Of a stretch of 64,000 nucleotides of DNA, positions 57,909-64,000 are shown one piece after another. Where the stretch lies: assembly GCA_038882955.1 (NCBI GenBank), contig JAVZNC010000002.1, positions 1 to 64,000 of the forward strand, written 5' to 3'. The stretch is from Candidatus Bathyarchaeia archaeon. Its GTDB lineage: Archaea > Thermoproteota > Bathyarchaeia > Bathyarchaeales > Bathycorpusculaceae. Under the pieces are notes generated by a model, which was not told the DNA's origin, did no database searches, and saw nothing but the letters and a program-made list of their open reading frames with translations. How positions within the stretch are numbered: position 1 is the stretch's first letter; each line of letters begins with the position of its first letter. A program made the position numbers and the translations under genes.

Positions 57909-58967
57909 TTAAGCCTTAACAATTCTGTATCCAGCAGCCTTGCGAAGCCTATTCATAACAGCCAAACCAAGTCCTTGAGACGGCACACCTTCTGCAATTA
58001 TAATGTCAACCTTTTCCATGTCAAACTCCCTCAAAAGCCTAAACAGGTTTTTGGCGATTATCGCTAAGTCGCTTCTGCTTCCCAGAGATTTTACAATGTA
58101 ACCTTCATAATGGGCAGCTGTTTCGTCTGTCGCAAGGATGCCAACCCTCAAACCCTCTTTTGCGTATTGTTCCGCCAGCTCTCTCGCTTTCTTTACAATC
58201 GCTTGAGCTTCTCCCTCAACAACAATAACTTCGGCTTTGGGCGCATAATGCTTGTGTTTGACGCCTGGCGAGCGGGCTTTCTCGACTGGCACTTCCCTAT
58301 CCGCAACTGCAACTGGATGAATCGCCACTTTTCCGAGAACTTCCTTCAATTCTTCGTATGGTGTTCCCCCTGGACGGAGAACCTGCGGAGGGTCGCTTGT
58401 CAAATCCAGAACTGTTGATTCCACACCAATGTTTGTTGGTCCAGCATCCAAAACTGCGTCTATTCTCCCATTTAAATCTTCTAGGACATGTTCGGCGCTT
58501 GTTGGACTTGGCTTTCCAGCAAGGTTTGCGCTTGGGGCCGCTATTGGGCAGCCGCTTTCCCTAAGCAAAGCCAAAGCCACATTGTGTCGTGGCATTCGAA
58601 TCGCTATAGTGTCCAATCCAGCCACGGTTACGCTTGGAACAATTTCTGAACGCTTAAAAATTAGCGTTAATGGTCCAGGCCAAAACCTTTCCATTAGCTT
58701 TTCAGCTTTTTGTGGAACATATCGCGTCAATTTGTAGACTTCCCCGATTTTTCCAACATGAACTATCGGTGGGTTGTCCAACGGTCTTCTTTTTGCTTCG
58801 AATAGGGCTAGAACCGCTGTTGGGTTTAGCGCATCTGCCCCCAAGCCGTAGACAGTTTCGGTTGGAAAGGCAACCAAGCCGCCTTTCTTGATGAAGTCTG
58901 CTGCTATGCGTATTTTTTCTGGTTCTGGACTTTGTGAATCAACTTTTAGTACTAATGTTTGCTTCAC
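57909..58967 (-). CDS. sua5: Threonylcarbamoyl-AMP synthase Sua5
   Basis: PTETVYGL, K.RP.DNP.IVH, APSAN, ESTV, SPG..KHYAP. Confidence 0.95.
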   Translation of the reverse strand: MKQTLVLKVDSQSPEPEKIRIAADFIKKGGLVAFPTETVYGLGADALNPTAVLALFEAKRRPLDNPPIVHVGKIGEVYKLTRYVPQKAEKLMERFWPGPLTLIFKRSEIVPSVTVAGLDTIAIRMPRHNVALALLRESGCPIAAPSANLAGKPSPTSAEHVLEDLNGRIDAVLDAGPTNIGVESTVLDLTSDPPQVLRPGGTPYEELKEVLGKVAIHPVAVADREVPVEKARSPGVKHKHYAPKAEVIVVEGEAQAIVKKARELAEQYAKEGLRVGILATDETAAHYEGYIVKSLGSRSDLAIIAKNLFRLLREFDMEKVDIIIAEGVPSQGLGLAVMNRLRKAAGYRIVKA

Positions 58968-59032
58968 GTTTGCCCCAAATTAATGCGGTTTGGGAGGCAT
59001 TTAAGCTTCTTGCGTCAAAACAAAAGGCGAAG

Positions 59033-59521
59033 TTATACAACGTAATAGTCTATGACTTTTTTGATGCTTTTTGGAGGGGCTTGTCTTGCGGCGAGCTGTT
59101 TAAGTATTTTTATCATTTGAGGTTGGAAACGCGCTATGTCAGTTAAAGAGACTAAACCCACTAGACGTTTTCCTTCGACAACAGGCAGCTTCTTAATTTT
59201 CATTTGAAACATTAGTCTCACGGCTTCTTCCAAGTCCATGTTTGGCTCAACAACAACCAGCGGGCTTGACATAATATCCTTAACTTTTGTTTTGCTTGCG
59301 TCTCTTGCTTCTGCAACAACCCTTTTCAGAAGGTCTCTTTCGGTTATTATACCCATGGCTTTCCCTTTCCTAACAGCAATTAAGCAGCCGATTTCAAATT
59401 TGTTCATTATTTCTGCAGCCTCTTTAACCGTGGCGTTCTCGTCTATCGTTATGACTTCTTTTATCATTACGTCGCTGACTTTTAACGTAAGCCCGCTTTC
59501 CTCTTCCGTTTCTTCAGACAA
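59033..59521 (-). CDS. CBS-pair protein
   Basis: Two CBS repeats (GIITERD, GLVSLTD); start moved to TTG 59521 because the listed GTG directly abuts the TATA box. Confidence 0.85.
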   Translation of the reverse strand: MSEETEEESGLTLKVSDVMIKEVITIDENATVKEAAEIMNKFEIGCLIAVRKGKAMGIITERDLLKRVVAEARDASKTKVKDIMSSPLVVVEPNMDLEEAVRLMFQMKIKKLPVVEGKRLVGLVSLTDIARFQPQMIKILKQLAARQAPPKSIKKVIDYYVV

Positions 59522-59584
59522 CAAACCACCAGCTTCCTCTATCTCTTCTGTAGAAGTCACATATATAAAATGGTGTGCGACTTT

Positions 59585-60931
59585 CTACTTCACCGTTTTT
59601 AACAGCTTTTCTAACAGCTTTTCGACGCTTTTACTTGTTGGTATTTTTGCTCTTTCAAACTTTTCTTTAGGCTTATTGAACGGCCTTGTGGCGTCGATAC
59701 CCATTTTAGTCGTTAACCCAGTTTCTTGGTCTGCGGATGAATCCAAGGTGGAGCCGCGCGCGTTGCTTATGACAATTAGGTCTTCGGATGCTTGAAAGCG
59801 TGTTGCAATGGCCCATTCAACATCGCTAACGTCAAAGACGTTTATGTCTGAATCCACAACAATAGCGTGTTTTAGGCTTGGATGCGCTGCAAAAGCGGCT
59901 AACAAAGCGTTTTTGCCGTCTCCATCAAGCTGTTTTTCGATGGATATAATTGCGTGAAGCCATCCGCTTCCGCCTTGCGAGAGGTTTACCGCGCAAACTT
60001 TTGGCACAACCTTTGAAACAGCCTCCCAAATGAGCACCTCGTGTGGCAGACCCATCAAAATTTTGTGTTCAGCCCCGGAAGGCAGAAGAGCTTGGTAAAT
60101 ATAGTCCTTTCTGTGCATTGCACCAATTATTTCAACGATGGGCTGTTTTCGCTGTATGTCATACGTCCCAGTTATGTCAACAAATGGTCCCTCTGCGACC
60201 TCTTTTGTTGTGGAAATTATGCCTTCAAGAACAAGCTCCGCGTCTGCGGGTGCATACGCGTCAACATGCTCGCATTGCGTTAGGCGAAGCTTGCCATCCA
60301 TAAGCGTATTTGCTACCCCGAACTCGCTGACGCCGAACGGTAAAGGCGAAGAAGCTGCCAGCATGACCGCTGGATGTACGCCAACAGAGATTGAAACTTC
60401 CAAGTCTTTATTTGCCTCTTTTGCCATTTGCCAAAGCTTAAAAAGATGCCTAGGAACCAAACGAATAGCCACATGATTCTTATCCAAAACTTGAAGTCTA
60501 TGCACAGAAACATTTTCAATTGTACCGTCAACACTTTTTGCATAAACAACTGCCGAAGTAAAATATGAACCAGCATCCTTTTCGAAATGAGTTAAAACGG
60601 GAATGCTTGACAAATCCTTTTCCGCAACCTCTTTTACTGGACCTTCTGAAACTATTTTCGGCTTTTTTGGCGAAAGCCAAGCGCTAGCCAAATGTGAATA
60701 AAGTTTTTCTTGGTTGATGCCAAGCGCTTTACAAATTCTTTCTCTTTTCCCGCAAACGTTTGCAACAACTTTCGCCTTATAATTCTTGACCCTTTCAAAG
60801 AGAAGGATTGGACCTTGATTGTCAAACTGATTCATCACGTAGGAGATTTCAAACTTTGTTGAAACCTCGTCCTTTACATGCAAAATTTCCTTTTCATTTT
60901 CCATTTTTTCCAGAAAATCTCTGAGACTCAT
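59585..60931 (-). CDS. ubiD: UbiD-family prFMN decarboxylase (possibly anhydromevalonate-phosphate decarboxylase)
   Basis: HR..V, RHL, EGPF.D..G.Y, VDSDI, WA..TR, LD.S, KMGIDAT. Confidence 0.85.
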   Translation of the reverse strand: MSLRDFLEKMENEKEILHVKDEVSTKFEISYVMNQFDNQGPILLFERVKNYKAKVVANVCGKRERICKALGINQEKLYSHLASAWLSPKKPKIVSEGPVKEVAEKDLSSIPVLTHFEKDAGSYFTSAVVYAKSVDGTIENVSVHRLQVLDKNHVAIRLVPRHLFKLWQMAKEANKDLEVSISVGVHPAVMLAASSPLPFGVSEFGVANTLMDGKLRLTQCEHVDAYAPADAELVLEGIISTTKEVAEGPFVDITGTYDIQRKQPIVEIIGAMHRKDYIYQALLPSGAEHKILMGLPHEVLIWEAVSKVVPKVCAVNLSQGGSGWLHAIISIEKQLDGDGKNALLAAFAAHPSLKHAIVVDSDINVFDVSDVEWAIATRFQASEDLIVISNARGSTLDSSADQETGLTTKMGIDATRPFNKPKEKFERAKIPTSKSVEKLLEKLLKTVK

Positions 60932-61299
60932 GCTGTTGTTCCCTCTTTTTCGGATGTTTGATAAGTGACCTTTTCGATTAGGCGCATAAAAATTGACTGT
61001 GCTTGCATTTCGCTGAGTGTTTCCAAGTAAACCGAAACAAGTGCTATCTTCTTCTTTCTCGAAGCCATATACTCTGCGAACATGCGGGCTGAAATCGCAT
61101 TTTTGTCGCCTAGAAGGATGGATGAGGAAACCGGTCCTGGGATGTCTCCAGTTTTCGGAACTGCCACAGCGAGCGTTCCAAGTTTATCTTCTCTTTCGCT
61201 TAATAGGATTAGACACGCGTTTTTTGTCTCCATGTATATAGCCAAAAAATGCATGTTCTGCTCAACAATCTCTTCTTTTACGACTTTTGCGCGTTCCAT
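60928..61299 (-). CDS. Hypothetical protein (possibly proteasome assembly chaperone PAC4-like)
   Basis: LGTLAVA.P...SS..LG pattern; overlaps the ubiD start. Confidence 0.5.
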   Translation of the reverse strand: MERAKVVKEEIVEQNMHFLAIYMETKNACLILLSEREDKLGTLAVAVPKTGDIPGPVSSSILLGDKNAISARMFAEYMASRKKKIALVSVYLETLSEMQAQSIFMRLIEKVTYQTSEKEGTTA

Positions 61300-61373
61300 G
61301 CGGCTTGTTCTCCGTTGCTTATTTATAGCTTTATGATTCACTATTTATTATTTTCAAATGTTGGGACAAGCAC

Positions 61374-62036
61374 ATGACCAAAGAGAGAGCTGAAAAGATA
61401 CTCCAAATTCTGCGTAAATCGTTCACAAAGCCAAAGTGGGTTTCTTCGCGGAGCGACCCCTTTGAAACGTTGATTATAACGATAATTTCACAGAATACTG
61501 CTGATAGAAACACTGCTAGGGCTTTCGAAAACCTTTCGAAGCATTTTCAGATAAAGCCCGAAGTTTTGGCGAAGGCTGAAACACGGCAAATTGAAGAATA
61601 TCTAAAAGTGGCTGGTTTGTATAGGAACAAAGCCAAGACAATAAAAAACGTGTCAAAAATAATATCTGAAAAATTTCACGGCGACATGAACCAAATATTA
61701 TCACTGCCACTAGCAGAAGCACGCAAAACACTTTTGCAACTCCCAGGGGTTGGACCTAAAACGGCGGATGTTGTTCTTCTTTTCTGTTCGAAAAAGCCTA
61801 CAATACCAGTTGACACGCACGTTAACCGCGTTGCAAGAAGACTTGGTTTAGCCCCTCAGGTTGGCGACTACGAGGTTGTGCGCGAATCTCTGCAGTCGCT
61901 TTATGACTCGAAAGATTATTTGGATGTGCACGTTTTGTTTATTTTGCTTGGAAGGAAGTATTGTAAGGCAAGACAACCGTTGTGTGCAGAGTGTGTGCTG
62001 GACGCCCTCTGTCCGAAAATTTTTGAAAAACGTTAA
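61374..62036 (+). CDS. nth: Endonuclease III
   Basis: HhH LPGVGPKTA, VDTHV.R, C-x6-C-x2-C-x5-C. Confidence 0.95.
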   Translation: MTKERAEKILQILRKSFTKPKWVSSRSDPFETLIITIISQNTADRNTARAFENLSKHFQIKPEVLAKAETRQIEEYLKVAGLYRNKAKTIKNVSKIISEKFHGDMNQILSLPLAEARKTLLQLPGVGPKTADVVLLFCSKKPTIPVDTHVNRVARRLGLAPQVGDYEVVRESLQSLYDSKDYLDVHVLFILLGRKYCKARQPLCAECVLDALCPKIFEKR

Positions 62037-62044
62037 CCGCGTTT

Positions 62045-63358
62045 TCAGAGTTTTTGTATGAATGTGAAATTTTGTTGACTCTCATCTTCGAAAAATGGGA
62101 TTTCCTTCAAATTCTTGTCGAGCTTAATCTTTCCAACAACGATTGTTGCAATTTCCTTGGACACTGGTGTGAGAATTTTCAAGGTTTTTCTGATATAGTC
62201 AACTTCTTGCAGTACGCCTATTCCTAAAAATTTTCTTTCGCCATCGTATAGGGCTGTAAGGGCACCTTCTTCCTGCCCCTTTCGGATTACTTCAACCCGT
62301 TTTTCAACAAACTGCTCAACTTTCCGAATGTTTTCATCGCTTATCCATCTACCTCTTCCTATAACAACGTAAACTTTATCTTTCAACTCCACAAAATGCA
62401 AGGGTTTCATTCCCAGCAGATCGTAAATGATTCTCGCTCTCTTGCTTTTCTCGGAAATTTTGCTTATGTTGAGAAGCTCACTCCCTTCAATGTTAACCCA
62501 ATTTAACGGGATAGACTGCACCTTAGCATTTTTCAAATACTTTATATATCCAAGCTCCCTTAGGCTTTTGCGTCTTTCTCTGCTTCTCTGTTTTATGGCT
62601 GGAGGTGATTCGACAACAAGTTTTCTGAAGCTTTCTATGGCGTTTACCAAGGGCATTATTTCCTCGCCTTGTTTTATGCATAGAACCATGTTGGGCAATA
62701 GTTCATTCACAAGTCTAATTTTGTAGTTGACGGCGTCTTCGCCTTCAATCCAACCGTCAGTATTTACGACAATAAAGTCTGGGTTACCATCAAGGATCTC
62801 CCTTTTTAGCGAAACCAAGCCTTCAATTACCTTGTCGATTGCTGAACTTGGAGATGCCACTCCAACGAAAAAAGCGTTTTTCGTCTCTAGATTGAAGAGG
62901 TCTGTCACTGGTTTTGCCACGAAGTTGTAGGCGACCGAACATGGTGGTCCTATGTCTGACTGCCCCAAATCACCATCCAAAACTGCAACCTTGTGTTTTT
63001 CATTCAAAAGCTTATTTACAATGTAGGTGCAGAAGCTTGACTTTCCAGAGTCCACGTTTCCAATGACCATTATTAAGGCTGGTCTTTCCTGAATCTCCAA
63101 AACTTCGTTGGACGCTTCAATCCAAGATGGGGGAATTGTGCTTCCTTCAACCTCTTCCACGCTTGCGCTTTCACCAATGGAAATGTCAAACTCCGTTTTC
63201 TCTTCTGTGGCGAACGGCAGCCTTTTTCCTTCACGTATCACAACTTTGCCTTTTCCACTTATCACCGCGCCGAACACATCCACTACGCCAGACGTAACTG
63301 TAACGGATGCTGGTCCGTCAACCAACAATGTTCTGCCCTTTTCAACCACCTTAATCAT
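62045..63358 (-). CDS. Clp1/Grc3-family polynucleotide 5'-hydroxyl kinase
   Basis: GNVDSGKS, DGDLGQSDIGPP, NTDGW, R.R..R..LR. Confidence 0.88.
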   Translation of the reverse strand: MIKVVEKGRTLLVDGPASVTVTSGVVDVFGAVISGKGKVVIREGKRLPFATEEKTEFDISIGESASVEEVEGSTIPPSWIEASNEVLEIQERPALIMVIGNVDSGKSSFCTYIVNKLLNEKHKVAVLDGDLGQSDIGPPCSVAYNFVAKPVTDLFNLETKNAFFVGVASPSSAIDKVIEGLVSLKREILDGNPDFIVVNTDGWIEGEDAVNYKIRLVNELLPNMVLCIKQGEEIMPLVNAIESFRKLVVESPPAIKQRSRERRKSLRELGYIKYLKNAKVQSIPLNWVNIEGSELLNISKISEKSKRARIIYDLLGMKPLHFVELKDKVYVVIGRGRWISDENIRKVEQFVEKRVEVIRKGQEEGALTALYDGERKFLGIGVLQEVDYIRKTLKILTPVSKEIATIVVGKIKLDKNLKEIPFFEDESQQNFTFIQKL

Positions 63359-63995
63359 GCGTTTTCCTCCTCGGAAATTTTTGTCCACTTCTTCCAGCAA
63401 TTCTTATTGCTGACACTATGTCTCTTAACCCGCGTCTATGTTTTGTTCTGCTTAGGTAGCGGTCTGTTCCAACCTCGCTAACGCTTTCTAATGTAACGCT
63501 TGGAGGTAAAGCATCATCAAGCGACTCTAAAAGCTTTTCCTTGTAGGCTGGCACTCCATCACCAACCTTCACGGAAACGGAGGCGACAGAAATCTTTCCA
63601 AAGTTCTTCAAAAACTTGATTATCTTATTAACTGTTTCTTCAACACTGAAGCAGTTTTCAGTCTCAACAACCTTTCCGTCAGCCAAAACTGCAAGTCCGA
63701 AAATTTCGCCCGGGTCAACACCTATAACTAGCCTTTCGTATTCTTCTTTTCCGTGAATGAAGCGCAGCGCCTCGTTTACAAGTTCCTCTGGTTCTGTTCC
63801 TTCCTTGTAGACTAAAACGTTTTCGTGCTTTATGAGTGGGCGCTCATTCTCGGTGGTTAAAACGATTTTTATTTCTGCTGGAATTTCCTCGTTTGGAATT
63901 AAGCTCAAAAAGGGCAAATTTCTCCGCTTTAATTCGTTTACAATTAGGTAATATGCCTTTCCCGATGTCGTTGCAACCGCGATGTTTGCTTTCAT
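63351..63995 (-). CDS. Conserved archaeal protein with an RNase H-like (YqgF-type) domain
   Basis: IGVDPG..GLA, VGDG, V.E.GT, D..SA..IA. Confidence 0.6.
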   Translation of the reverse strand: MKANIAVATTSGKAYYLIVNELKRRNLPFLSLIPNEEIPAEIKIVLTTENERPLIKHENVLVYKEGTEPEELVNEALRFIHGKEEYERLVIGVDPGEIFGLAVLADGKVVETENCFSVEETVNKIIKFLKNFGKISVASVSVKVGDGVPAYKEKLLESLDDALPPSVTLESVSEVGTDRYLSRTKHRRGLRDIVSAIRIAGRSGQKFPRRKTHD

Positions 63996-64000
63996 AACAT

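Noticed and set aside
1-64000. CRISPR array, rRNA, IS transposase or viral structural genes
   Set aside because: No regularly spaced repeats or matching protein motifs were seen.

Overview
Archaeal chromosomal segment, most consistent with Bathyarchaeia (inferred from PEF-CTERM surface proteins, two thermosome subunits, topoisomerase VI, aIF5B, a solo MtrH-like gene and the style of an integrase C-terminus). The right half (34.6-64 kb) is mostly housekeeping: thermosomes, infB, top6AB, ABCE1, Cgi121, Sua5, hut genes, UbiD, Nth and Clp1. It also holds a small AT-rich wHTH+NYN nuclease cassette ending in a perfect 37-bp palindrome, a candidate C/D sRNA, an acidic Trp micro-ORF and an SD-sequestering hairpin in front of one thermosome gene. 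The left half (1-32.1 kb) is accessory. Two direct copies of a tRNA-Glu 5' fragment with shared flanks (4362-4436, 32033-32106) and a decayed tyrosine integrase (4453-4605) mark an integrative locus. Four same-orientation 11-6-11 Xer/dif-like sites (775, 4271, 4644, 32009) closely bracket the cargo modules: a single surface cysteine-peptidase gene, and a 27-kb catabolic module. That module carries a four-component corrinoid methyltransferase system, an ABC transporter, two AORs and CoA-dependent oxidation enzymes. The best candidate for an undescribed system is this dif-like cassette array at a tRNA-5'-end integration site. All calls come from reading the sequence; no searches were run.
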